Shown: positions 9,647 through 19,200 of the stretch, piece by piece
How positions within the stretch are numbered: the stretch's first letter is position 1
Layout: the number at the start of each line of letters is the position of its first letter
Source: Longimicrobiales bacterium
GTDB taxonomy: Bacteria > Gemmatimonadota > Gemmatimonadetes > Longimicrobiales > Gaopeijiaceae
Length of the DNA stretch: 64,000 nucleotides
Assembly: GCA_965219445.1 (NCBI GenBank)
Contig: CBDCNQ010000005.1
Location: 1,408,001 to 1,472,000, forward strand
Direction of reading: 5' to 3'
Made by a program: the position numbers and the translations under genes
The notes under the pieces: generated by a model
Told to the model about the DNA's origin: nothing
The model's database searches: none
The model's input: only the letters and a program-made list of their open reading frames with translations

Positions 9647-10741
9647 TCATACCACGAGCAGGGCCTCCACGACCAGCCCGGGCCCAAAAGCCAGCGCCAC
9701 GCAGGGTAGCGCGGCGCCTCCCTTCCTAAGCCGCTCCAGAACGAAGAGTACAGTGGGGGACGACATGTTCCCATGGGCCCGAAGAACATCCCGGGACACA
9801 TCCAGCGTGCCGTTCTCCAGGGCCACCGCGTCCTCCACCGCCTCCAAGACCCGCGGCCCACCGGGATGCACGGCCCAACTCCCCACGTCCTCCACACGGA
9901 GACCCTGCTGATGGAGCCAGCCCCCGAGCCAGTCGCCGAGATTCTTCCGGATCAGCTCAGGGACCTCAGCCGAGAGCGTCATGCGGAAGCCGTGGTCGCT
10001 GATGCGCCAGGACATGGCGTCGCCGGAATTGGGCATGAGGAAGGTCCCCTGGGCCTGCACGCTCCACCCGGAGATCTCGCCATTCTGCGCCGGCACCCCA
10101 ACCACGGCCGCCGCCCCGTCCGCGAACAGGGTGTTGGACACCAACATCTCCGAGTTCCACCCGTATGCGAAGTGAAGGCTGCACAACTCGACCGCGCAGA
10201 GGAGGATCCGTGCCTCCGCTTCCCCCGCCTGCGACGCCGCAACCCGCAACCCGTTGAGCGCCCCGTGGCACCCCATGAAACCGACGTGGGTGCGATGCAC
10301 CGTGCGCGGTAGGGCCAAAGCGTCGATGAGGGCGGCGTCGAGCCCGGGCGAGAAGAAGCCCGTGCACGACACAGTAACGAGATGGGTGATCGTATCCACG
10401 GGGGTGGACGCGTCCTCCAGGGCTCGCCGCGCGGCCGCCTCGGCCAGTGGCGGTGCTTCAGCTTCGTACCGGGCCATGCGCTGACCCGTGGTGGGGCCCC
10501 GATCTTCCGGCCCGCTGGCGGCTGGATAGAACGGAACCCGCTCCTGGAGCGTTCCGCCGTCAGCCCGCACCACTACGGTGTTGCGGGTCTCCACTCCGGA
10601 CCGGCCGTAGAGCATGCCGAGCGCGCGGGCCTGCCTGGCATTGGCTCCACAGAAGGCGCCGCTGAACTCGGCGGCGTCGGTCTGCTTCAGTACCCAGGGC
10701 GGGACGGCTGTGCCCAGGCCTGCCAGGTGGAGCTTCACCAT
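9647..10741 (-). CDS. Type III polyketide synthase (chalcone synthase-like)
   Basis: HLVTVSCTG, GFMGCHG (catalytic Cys), VELCSLH, LFADGAAA, WAVHPGG (His), HGNMSS (Asn), AFGPGL. Confidence 0.93.
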   Translation of the reverse strand: MVKLHLAGLGTAVPPWVLKQTDAAEFSGAFCGANARQARALGMLYGRSGVETRNTVVVRADGGTLQERVPFYPAASGPEDRGPTTGQRMARYEAEAPPLAEAAARRALEDASTPVDTITHLVTVSCTGFFSPGLDAALIDALALPRTVHRTHVGFMGCHGALNGLRVAASQAGEAEARILLCAVELCSLHFAYGWNSEMLVSNTLFADGAAAVVGVPAQNGEISGWSVQAQGTFLMPNSGDAMSWRISDHGFRMTLSAEVPELIRKNLGDWLGGWLHQQGLRVEDVGSWAVHPGGPRVLEAVEDAVALENGTLDVSRDVLRAHGNMSSPTVLFVLERLRKGGAALPCVALAFGPGLVVEALLVV

Positions 10742-11919
10742 GGACTACCTCCTCGAAGGGACGGTACCGCCGACGTGTGGTTCACCAGGGGACGGGCCAT
10801 ACCAGGCACCGCGCCCAACGCGCGTAGCGCCATCTGTGCCATCCAGGGTCGCCGAAGGCCCCAGGCCACCATGCCGCAGACCCGCTGGCCCCGTCGAACT
10901 CGGCGGCGGTACACGTGACACCAGCGGAGCACCAATGCCGGGTCCCAGCGTGCCACTCCGTCGCACACCAGGGGCACAAGTGCCAGCGCTCCCCACAGCG
11001 CCCATGCCATGCCCTCGCCGGTGAATGGCTCTACGTATCCAGCCGCGTCGCCCACCAGAAGGAGACGCTCCGCTCCCAGCGAAGAGACCCGTCGCGTGAG
11101 GGGTGGCGTGCCCTTCCATCCGCGGTGGACACTCTCCGGGAGGCCCGGCATACCGGCCGACTTCAGGTGGGCTCGCACGGCATGCTCCGGTGATCCGTGG
11201 TGACGCATCCATTCGGCGTCGAAGGCGGCGGCTACGTTGAGGCGATGATCCTCCTGGCGCACCAGTCCCACGTATCCCGCGGGCCCGACTACCATGTGGA
11301 CTGCTCCGGGACCGTAGCCGGCGCCACCGTCCTCCAGCACCGCACCCACTCCCACACGGGAGCCCGCTCGAACCGTGGCCACCGGCGCGGGACCGGCCGC
11401 TGCCGCCGCGCGCAGGCCGTGAAGCCCGGCTGCGGCGACCACCATGCGGGCTCGAACGCTGTGCTCCTCGCCGTCACCCCGGACCGTGAGGCTCCGTTCG
11501 CCATCGCTGACCGGCCCCAATTCCGCGGAGACTCCGGCCGCGAAATCGACACCCTCCTCCACGGCGGCCCGGACCAGCGCGTGGTCTAGCGTCTCTCTGG
11601 ACAACGCCACAGAGCCGTGGAGGGCTACGGACGCGGTCCTCCCCCAGCCTGTCATCCGGAGCTCCCTTAGCCGTGGTGCCCGCACGTGCGCCACGAGCCC
11701 GTCCAGACCCGCTTGGGCCAGTGCCCCTTGCGCAGCCCCGTTCATGCAGGCCCCGCAGACCTTCCAGCGGGGGAAGGGCTGGCGCTCCAGAAGTAGAACC
11801 GCACACCCCTTCCGGGCGAGCTCCAGCGCTACCATGGCACCGGATGGCCCCGCGCCCACCACGGCCACGTCCCAGAGCCGCCCGTCCAGGCCGCTCACCG
11901 CTCGCAGGCCGTCGCTCAT
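10735..11919 (-). CDS. FAD-dependent oxidoreductase (geranylgeranyl reductase/monooxygenase-like)
   Basis: VVGAGPSG Rossmann motif, KVCG, VGDAAGYVEPFTGEGM; start at 11919 overlaps the upstream stop (ATGA). Confidence 0.87.
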   Translation of the reverse strand: MSDGLRAVSGLDGRLWDVAVVGAGPSGAMVALELARKGCAVLLLERQPFPRWKVCGACMNGAAQGALAQAGLDGLVAHVRAPRLRELRMTGWGRTASVALHGSVALSRETLDHALVRAAVEEGVDFAAGVSAELGPVSDGERSLTVRGDGEEHSVRARMVVAAAGLHGLRAAAAAGPAPVATVRAGSRVGVGAVLEDGGAGYGPGAVHMVVGPAGYVGLVRQEDHRLNVAAAFDAEWMRHHGSPEHAVRAHLKSAGMPGLPESVHRGWKGTPPLTRRVSSLGAERLLLVGDAAGYVEPFTGEGMAWALWGALALVPLVCDGVARWDPALVLRWCHVYRRRVRRGQRVCGMVAWGLRRPWMAQMALRALGAVPGMARPLVNHTSAVPSLRGGSPW

Positions 11920-12638
11920 GCCGCCCTCCATCTGAGGATGAACCGCTCGGGCCAGCCACGGCGGATGACCGCCCCCGTGAGCCCGGCCTCCTCGGCCATG
12001 GTCCGGACCTCCGGTAGGCTGAAGGCGGCTCGAACCGAAAGTGGGCCATCCACGCGGGCGACCTCCGACCGGGATAGCAACCGGAGTGCCGACCACGCGA
12101 GCGCGTATCCCCGGGTGCCCCGCAACAGATCCTGCACCAAGACGCAGTCGCCCGCCTCGGCCATGCCCCTCAGAACGTCCACGGCGTCTTCATCGGAAAG
12201 GTGGTGTTGGAAGAGAGACGAGCACACGAGGTCATACCCCCCTGGAAGGCCCTCCGAGAGAACATCCCTCTCGAGGAAGTTCGCGGCCAAGCCCCAACGC
12301 GCCACCCCACGGCGCGCATGTTCCAACGCAACGGGGCTCACGTCGCACCCGTGGACCTCAAGGGGAACGTCCGCTGACCGCGCCCGGCGGGCCACGTCCA
12401 ACATCACGTCTCCACCGCCACAGGCCACGTCCAGGAGCCGCAGCGGCTCGTCCCTCCCTCGAACGTCGCGCTCCCGGCTCAGGTGGAGGACGTCTTTCCA
12501 GACCCGTGCCGCTACCCCAGAGACGCGGTTCACCCGCGCCAGCGCCCGGAGTGCCTGGACGTGTAGCGCCGGATCCAGGTCCGGCGCGTCCATGAGCTCA
12601 GGCTCGCGATGGCGGTCGTGCAGGCTGGGCAATTTCAC
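11916..12638 (-). CDS. Class I SAM-dependent methyltransferase
   Basis: PELMD N-terminus, LLDVACGGG motif I, YDLVCSSLFQHH, DGPLSVRAAF. Confidence 0.87.
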   Translation of the reverse strand: MKLPSLHDRHREPELMDAPDLDPALHVQALRALARVNRVSGVAARVWKDVLHLSRERDVRGRDEPLRLLDVACGGGDVMLDVARRARSADVPLEVHGCDVSPVALEHARRGVARWGLAANFLERDVLSEGLPGGYDLVCSSLFQHHLSDEDAVDVLRGMAEAGDCVLVQDLLRGTRGYALAWSALRLLSRSEVARVDGPLSVRAAFSLPEVRTMAEEAGLTGAVIRRGWPERFILRWRAA

Positions 12639-12816
12639 CAGGGCTGGGCGGATCGCCTTTTCGGGTGCGATCCATCGGCTCTCTCGGTCCCGAAAAACGT
12701 CAGCAGCGCGCGCTAGCTCAGCGTGGGGAGGGCGTCGGGGTGGAAGACGTCTCGATCAAAACTCCCGCTCGCCCCCCAGCTGAAGAGGGCGAGCGAGAGC
12801 CGATCAATGGTGCCGA

Positions 12817-13479
12817 TCAAAGGGCGAAGCAGTAGAACAGTCCATTCCCTCCCGTTCCGACGAGGTCCTGCTGGCTGCAGGCGCGGCTGAGGTGCACCGC
12901 ATTCCAAGACGAGTTCGCGCCACCGAGACGGTCGTGATGTCCGACCATCGCCCTGCCTTCCCCGTTACTCGTCCAGTTGTTGCACGTGGTAGTGTCTGCA
13001 CCGCCGAGGATCACACGACCGTGTGAATCCGAGCCCGTCAGGATGTCGTGCTGGTTGGGCTGATCACCCGCACCATTTACCTGATCGCCACGCTCATCGA
13101 CTGCGGTCGGCTTCCTGATGTTATTCCGGTCGCGCTCGAAGTCTCCGTGGAGGTCGGCGACGCTCGCAGCGATGATCTGACCATTTGCGTTGTACCAGGG
13201 TCCTTCACCAATTCGATCCCGTGCGTTCACCCCCAGCTGGCCCCCTCCCGACACTGTGCTGAGGTAGGCGCGCCAGGTTCGGTTCCCCGCACCCACCGCC
13301 ACCGCCAGGCTCTGACAGTGCTGGTCGGCCCCCTGGAGACCTCCCAGGTTCGCTCCGTCTCCTGGACCGACACTGGTGATGAAGAAGCCCATCGGCTGGT
13401 TCTGCCCGCTTACGGCAGAGGGAACCAGCAAGAACGTTGCCAAGGCCACTGCAGCGAGTACTTCGATCGATCGTTTCAT
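12817..13479 (-). CDS. Secreted lectin/endostatin-like-fold protein
   Basis: SD GAGAGG before ATG 13479; signal peptide; GANLGGLQGADQHCQ, WRAYLS, HDILTGS, TCNNWTS, LFYCFA. Confidence 0.7.
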   Translation of the reverse strand: MKRSIEVLAAVALATFLLVPSAVSGQNQPMGFFITSVGPGDGANLGGLQGADQHCQSLAVAVGAGNRTWRAYLSTVSGGGQLGVNARDRIGEGPWYNANGQIIAASVADLHGDFERDRNNIRKPTAVDERGDQVNGAGDQPNQHDILTGSDSHGRVILGGADTTTCNNWTSNGEGRAMVGHHDRLGGANSSWNAVHLSRACSQQDLVGTGGNGLFYCFAL

Positions 13480-13685
13480 CTTCGTTCCTCTCTTCGGTGC
13501 GCGGGCATCCGTTGTTGACGCACGGACTAGGGACTCCATCGAGTTCGTGGTTCGTGAGCCGGAAATGATAGAGGGCGCCTGGCCGCCTTGGCAACTCTCA
13601 GTTCGTGAAGTGGTGACGTGCCGGTAGCGTACATGTTGTTCTCGGCATACTGTCGATCGCGAATTCTAAGGCTTGAGGAGGGGGT

Positions 13686-14340
13686 ATGACCGAGAGGCGG
13701 GTAGCCGGAGTGGTCCTGGCCGGGCGCCGCTTCCTTGCACAGCGGCCCGTCGTCGTCGTGGTCGTGCTGTTCTTCGCTGCCGTTGCCGCGACCCTCGCCC
13801 ATGTCCAGGGGCTTCAGTCCCACCTCGTGAGTACGCAAGCGTTACAGAACGCCGAGCTACTGACACAGGCCGTGGCCGAGTTCCGAACGGTCTACACCTC
13901 GGAGGTGGTGGAGCGCATCCGGCCCAGCGGCATCGAGATAACGCACGACTATCTCCTTCGGGAAGGTGCCGCCCCGCTTCCGGTGACGCTGAGCATGATC
14001 CTTGGGAACAGGATGGGGGCGCCCGGGTCCGGTGTGGAGGCGTCCGGCCTGTGTCGATTGTCATAACACGCACCCCGACAGCCCGAAGGTCGACTGGAGC
14101 GTAGGAGATGTCCGCGGTGTCCTCGAGGTGATCACCCCTCTCGACGCCCCTCTCGAGGCCACACGCTCGGGCCTCGTCGATACGGCGGTCTTGATGTTGG
14201 TCCTGGCTGGGATCGGTGTGGCGGTCTTCGGCCTGTTGCTGAGCGACCTTCAGGAGGCAACACAGGAAGCCGCCTCCTTGAAAGAGGAGAGCCGTCGAGC
14301 GCACGAGCAAGAGGCGGAGGAGAAGAGCGAGCACCCCTGA
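13686..14340 (+). pseudogene. DUF3365 (Tll0287-like) heme-c sensor membrane protein, internally deleted and frameshifted
   Basis: Frame 1 TM + FRTVYTSEVV...PLPVTLSM; shifts near 14040 into RPACVDCHNTHPDSPK.DW.VGDVRGVLEV + TM; intervening part of the domain appears missing. Confidence 0.75.
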
Positions 14341-14440
14341 GCCTAGATCTTCATGTTGACCGCTCTGGTCGTGCGCCTCACGTTATGCCGACCCGTCAAC
14401 AGGCCTTTTGTTTTACCTATTCTTTGAACCCCACGACGCG

Positions 14441-14569
14441 ATGCCGGAAGAGATCCCCAGCGATGGCTCCGACAGCTCCCGATTCCGCACGACGCTCATC
14501 CGGGTGATCATCGTTCAGCTCGTCGCGCTCGGCCTGTTACTGCTGCTGCAGCTCCGCTACCAACCATGA
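14441..14569 (+). CDS. 42-aa single-TM small protein (not in ORF track)
   Basis: ATG 14441 to TGA 14569: MPEEIPSDGSDSSRFRTTLIRVIIVQLVALGLLLLLQLRYQP; GC-rich third positions; directly upstream of the SSS gene. Confidence 0.65.
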   Translation: MPEEIPSDGSDSSRFRTTLIRVIIVQLVALGLLLLLQLRYQP

Positions 14570-14651
14570 CCGGTGCTCCACCGGGTCTCCGCTGGGCGAT
14601 CTTCGCTCAGGCGAGCTACCAACAATACCCGAAACCCGGGTATTGAGCTGA

Positions 14652-16313
14652 ATGCACTGGATCAACTGGCTGATCGTCGTCGTCTACGTGGTTTGGGTAG
14701 TCGTCGACGGCATCCGGAGGTCGAAGGATACCGACACGGTCTCGGGCTACTTCCTCGCCAACAAGAGCCTGTCGTGGTGGGTCGTGGGCCTCTCGGTGAT
14801 GGCGACACAGCTCTCGGCAGTCACGATGATCGGCACGCCGGGTCAGGGCGCCACGGACGGCATGCGCTTCATCCAGCTGTACCTGGGGCTCCCGCTTGCG
14901 ATGGTGATCCTCGGCGTGACGATCGTCCCGCTGCTGCACGGGTCGGGCGTCTATACCGCCTACGAGTATCTGGAGCGCCGCTTCGACGCGAGGACGCGCG
15001 CGCTGACCTCGTTCCTCTTTCTGATCTCTCGGGGGCTCTCGGCCGGGGTCATCATGGCGGCTCCGGGGGTCGTCTTCAGCGCGGTCTTCGGGATCCCCCT
15101 CGTGTGGGCGGTGGCCCTCATCGGCGTCCCCACGGTGATCTACACGGTGATCGGCGGGGTTCAGGCCGTCGCGTGGGCCGACGTGAAGCAGATGCTCCTG
15201 ATCGTCATCGCGCTCGTCGCGATCATGATCGTGCTGATCGTCCAGATGCCCGTCAATCCCGACGAAGCGCTCAGGATCGCCGGGGCGACCGGCCGGCTGA
15301 GAGTGTTCGACTTCTCGTTCGACCTGAGCGAGCGGTACACATTCTGGTCGGGCGTGATCGGCGGGACGTTCCTGATGTTGTCGTACTTCGGGACCGACCA
15401 GAGCCAGGTGCAGCGCTATCTCGCGGCCAAGTCCGTCGGTGAGGCGAGGAGCTCGCTGCTCATGAGCGCCTACTGGAAGATCCCGCTACAGGCGCTCGTG
15501 CTCATGGTGGGGGTCGGGGTCTTCGTCTACTACCAGTTCGTGCGTCCGCCCCTACTCTACAACCCTGCGCAGGAGGCCGCGGTGGTCGCCGAGCGAGGCG
15601 CCGCGTACGACGCGCTTCAGAGTGATTACGCCGAGGCGTTCACGCTTCGGGAGACGGCGGCGCAGGCGGTCGCGGATGCGCAAGGCGACGATGACACCAC
15701 GGCGATGGAGGCGTTCGTCGCCCGGGAGGCCGACATCCAGACGATCCGCGGCGAGGCGCTCGCGATGGTCGAAGACGTCACCGGCGAGGCCTCGGGGGAC
15801 ACCAACTACATCTTCCCACGTTTCGTGTTGTCCGAGCTTCCGATCGGGCTCGCGGGGCTCTTCATCGCGGGCGTCTTCGCCGCGGCGATGTCGAGCATCG
15901 CCGCCGAGCTCAACGCGCTCTCGACCGCATCAGTCATCGACTTCTATAGGCGGTGGATGAATCCCGACGCCGACGACGCACACTACCTCTCGGTGTCGAA
16001 GGGCGCGACCGCGTTTTGGGGGGTGTTCGCGTGTGTGGTCGCCACGTACGCGGCGACGCTTGGCTCGCTGATCGAGGTCGTGAACCGCTTCGGATCGTTC
16101 TTCTACGGCTCGATCTTGGGTGTCTTCCTTCTGGCGATGGTGCCCAGAGCCAAGGCGCGCGGGGCGTTTTACGGGCTGATCATCGGGATGGCGACCGTGG
16201 GCTTCGTCGCCTTCGGCACCACGATCGAGTACCTCTGGCAGAACGTCATCGGTGCGGTGGTGGTGCTACTTGTCGGTGTGCCGCTGAGCGGGAGCGGGAG
16301 TGTGGAGGCCTAG
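14652..16313 (+). CDS. Sodium:solute symporter (SSS family)
   Basis: YFLA, LSVMATQLSA, YEYLERRF, GTDQSQVQRYL, AAAMSS motifs; about 13 TM helices. Confidence 0.92.
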   Translation: MHWINWLIVVVYVVWVVVDGIRRSKDTDTVSGYFLANKSLSWWVVGLSVMATQLSAVTMIGTPGQGATDGMRFIQLYLGLPLAMVILGVTIVPLLHGSGVYTAYEYLERRFDARTRALTSFLFLISRGLSAGVIMAAPGVVFSAVFGIPLVWAVALIGVPTVIYTVIGGVQAVAWADVKQMLLIVIALVAIMIVLIVQMPVNPDEALRIAGATGRLRVFDFSFDLSERYTFWSGVIGGTFLMLSYFGTDQSQVQRYLAAKSVGEARSSLLMSAYWKIPLQALVLMVGVGVFVYYQFVRPPLLYNPAQEAAVVAERGAAYDALQSDYAEAFTLRETAAQAVADAQGDDDTTAMEAFVAREADIQTIRGEALAMVEDVTGEASGDTNYIFPRFVLSELPIGLAGLFIAGVFAAAMSSIAAELNALSTASVIDFYRRWMNPDADDAHYLSVSKGATAFWGVFACVVATYAATLGSLIEVVNRFGSFFYGSILGVFLLAMVPRAKARGAFYGLIIGMATVGFVAFGTTIEYLWQNVIGAVVVLLVGVPLSGSGSVEA

Positions 16314-16336
16314 CCGACCTCCGTGCCACTCATCCG

Positions 16337-19021
16337 TCAACGGGGCGAGTGATAGGCGTTCCACTCCTCGGCGGTCAGCGACACGAGATTGGCGAACAGG
16401 CGATGTGGACCTGGCACCCCGGCCGGGAACTGGCGAAAGAAGGCAAGCGCGACGTACGCGTACAACCCTTGGCCTACCGGTGCCACCAACAGCGACCCCC
16501 GCGCAGGCTCTTCATCCGGATCACTGAATTCCAGCAGGGGCGTGAAGCGGTCGTCCCACTCGGCCAAGAAATAGAGCCCCCGCTCTTGAACCCACCCCTC
16601 GAAGTCCGTTTCGACGATCCGATTGGGCGAAGTGAACACGGGAGAGTCACGGTCCAATAATTCGAACGGAGAGCTCTCATCGGTGACTCGTGGCGCAGAG
16701 CGCCCGCTCCCCATGCTGACCCGGTATGGAGCAAAGCCACCCTCCGGGTACCCGTTTCTGTTGTATTGGACGATCACCGTGCCACCGGCCTCGGCGAACG
16801 CGAGGATCCGATCGTTCACCGCCGCAACGTCCGGACGGGTTTCGTAGACACGGATGCCCAGCACAAGTACATCGTACCCGGAAAAGTCCCCCTCACGGAT
16901 CCGATCGGGGCCCACCTCCTCCACGTTCGCACCAAGCTGCCGCAGCGCCTCGAGGCCGTCGTCCCCTGACCCCATCACATAGCCGACCCGAATATCCTCC
17001 CGCATCCGGACCGGGAATACTGCGGCACGCACCTCGGCAAGACGTAGGTACAGCGTCCGCTCCACATGGGGGTAGTCGATGACGTCGACCTGCTCATCGA
17101 AGCGCACCCCGTCGTCCCGCGTGGCCACCGCGCGGAATACGTGCTCTCCCACGTCCACCGCACCGACGGGGCGCACCTCGAAGTTGAACCCACGGCTCGC
17201 CCCCTCCACCTGAAAGTCGAATGGGATACTCGCAGGCGTGACCTCCCACCCATCAGGAACCTCGAGTGCGACATCGCCCGACGACCCGGACGCGGACTCG
17301 TTCTTCAGAAGAACCGTCACCAGACGAGACTCACCCGACCCTTCCGGCCAAACCATCGCAGCGGGCTCGATCGCGACCGCGACCGCAGGCGTGGCGAGAA
17401 TCGGCTCCCGAAATTCGCCGAGCGCCGTGTTCACACCCACGAACTCGGCGTCGTCACCCCACACCACGTGAACGGGTTCGCCCAGCTCCGGAATGTGGAT
17501 GTCGATCTCCCCAACCGCCCGCAGCAATGGGCGCGCGTTTCTCGGAAGCCCCTCCGAGCCCGGGTCGCCCGTCCACCGGTACATGTCCCCATCTCGGGGC
17601 ACTCGTAGGTAGTACAGACGTGAAGATGCAAGACTCTCCCTGAGCCGAACGCGGTAGCTCCATCGAGCGACCTCACCAGGATCTAGAGATTGAGGTTCCT
17701 CTGTCTGGCCTCCGGTGCCGACGAACTCGGCAGGAAGACCTACGTCCTGCTCACCCCCCGCACTCCGGAGCACCGCCCCATCGATGCGGAACGGCCCACC
17801 GTTCCAGAGCTGTACGTCGAGACTCACGTCTTCGCCTGCCACTACGAAGTCGTCCCCGGCTCGCACGTCGATTACGATGGACGCCGCATCGAGAAGCGCG
17901 GACCGAACCAATCCGGCGCGAACCGCGAGCGCCTCCGCGAGAGCCACGGCGGAGTCCCCGAGCCCGCGAATCAGCCCGAACGTAAACTCCAGATTCAGGT
18001 AAGCCCGTCCCAGGGGAGCGGCGACCCGGCTGGGCTGGACGGCGTCGAGAGACTCGCTCGCCTCCTGGATCGCCGCCCGATACGCCGCGATGGACCGCCC
18101 TACTGCCGGCGCGGCTTCCGCCGGAAGCCTGTCCACGAGGCCAGCCAACGTGGTATCGACCCGAGCGAAGAGACCCGTGTCAGAGTTGATCCCCCCCACA
18201 CGGCTCTGAACCAACCGAAGGCCCGACGTGCGATTCCCAAGGGCCTGTGCGGCGCCCATCTCCTGCGAACGGTGCTTGCTTCGGCTCTCCATGGCGAGTT
18301 GGTGGTATGAACGACCAAGCAATGGGTCGAACGTACCGGTCTGAATGGTCAACGGCGCCTCGACGGATCCGGCGCCTCGAGACCGGACCGAGTGATAGAG
18401 CTTGTCCGTACTCCACGGCTCCGCTGCGATCCCCTGTAAATCGGGGAAACGCGCCGGATCGGCGGCAGCCTCGAACGCCTCATTGGCCAGCATCCCGCTC
18501 GCCTGGTGTTGCCCGTGCCCGTCTCGAGGCGTACCGGCCCACACCGAGATGATCACCTGCGGACGGTACATGCGGATCACCGAGACGACGTCCTTGAGAA
18601 CCTCCTCCCTCGGCCAATGTGCGAACGCCTCATCGGCGCTCTTCGAGAAGCCGTAGTCGAAAGCGCGAGTGAAGAACTGGCGCCCACCGTCCAGAGCACG
18701 GGCTGCCTCTAGCTCTCCGGTGCGAATGATGCCGAGACCCTCACCCAGCTCGGGCCCGATGATGTTCTGACCACCGTCTCCCCGAGTGAGCGAGAGATAG
18801 GCCGTCTCGGCGCCCATCCCCCGGGCGAGGGTCGCAAGAAGGCTGGAGTCTTCGTCATCCGGGTGCGCTCCGATCATCAAGACTCGCCTGACGCCATCGA
18901 GTTGACGAAGCGCGAGTCCCACGTCCACGACGCTACTTCCCTGTGGTCCGACCTGGGCCGAGAGGGGCGCGGCCACAAGCAAACCGACCAAGCAAACGAA
19001 CCTCCTACCTGTCATCCTCAT
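16337..19021 (-). CDS. Exported PIG-L/LmbE family deacetylase with NEW3/Ig-like and C-terminal GATase-like domains
   Basis: Signal peptide; AHPDDED, TRGDGGQN, HGQH metal motifs; C-terminal GYVMGSGD...WVQERGLYF...FFRQ. Confidence 0.87.
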   Translation of the reverse strand: MRMTGRRFVCLVGLLVAAPLSAQVGPQGSSVVDVGLALRQLDGVRRVLMIGAHPDDEDSSLLATLARGMGAETAYLSLTRGDGGQNIIGPELGEGLGIIRTGELEAARALDGGRQFFTRAFDYGFSKSADEAFAHWPREEVLKDVVSVIRMYRPQVIISVWAGTPRDGHGQHQASGMLANEAFEAAADPARFPDLQGIAAEPWSTDKLYHSVRSRGAGSVEAPLTIQTGTFDPLLGRSYHQLAMESRSKHRSQEMGAAQALGNRTSGLRLVQSRVGGINSDTGLFARVDTTLAGLVDRLPAEAAPAVGRSIAAYRAAIQEASESLDAVQPSRVAAPLGRAYLNLEFTFGLIRGLGDSAVALAEALAVRAGLVRSALLDAASIVIDVRAGDDFVVAGEDVSLDVQLWNGGPFRIDGAVLRSAGGEQDVGLPAEFVGTGGQTEEPQSLDPGEVARWSYRVRLRESLASSRLYYLRVPRDGDMYRWTGDPGSEGLPRNARPLLRAVGEIDIHIPELGEPVHVVWGDDAEFVGVNTALGEFREPILATPAVAVAIEPAAMVWPEGSGESRLVTVLLKNESASGSSGDVALEVPDGWEVTPASIPFDFQVEGASRGFNFEVRPVGAVDVGEHVFRAVATRDDGVRFDEQVDVIDYPHVERTLYLRLAEVRAAVFPVRMREDIRVGYVMGSGDDGLEALRQLGANVEEVGPDRIREGDFSGYDVLVLGIRVYETRPDVAAVNDRILAFAEAGGTVIVQYNRNGYPEGGFAPYRVSMGSGRSAPRVTDESSPFELLDRDSPVFTSPNRIVETDFEGWVQERGLYFLAEWDDRFTPLLEFSDPDEEPARGSLLVAPVGQGLYAYVALAFFRQFPAGVPGPHRLFANLVSLTAEEWNAYHSPR

Positions 19022-19200
19022 GGATCGAACCTACCTCCAGCACCGAAGACCGGAAAACTCCCGCACACTCGCGAGCGTGCACGAAGTCTACTCGTTCGCT
19101 TGTCCGAAGTTCAAAGCCGCGGATATGTTGGGGCCGAAATTGGGATCATACCAGACCCGCAGTTCTTCCTGGGTCCGCCTCTTGACAACGGAGCGAATCG

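Noticed and set aside
12650..12673. GGATCGC/GCGATCC hairpin just upstream of the PKS cluster as a riboswitch
   Set aside because: Single hairpin with no aptamer features; could be a terminator or stability element
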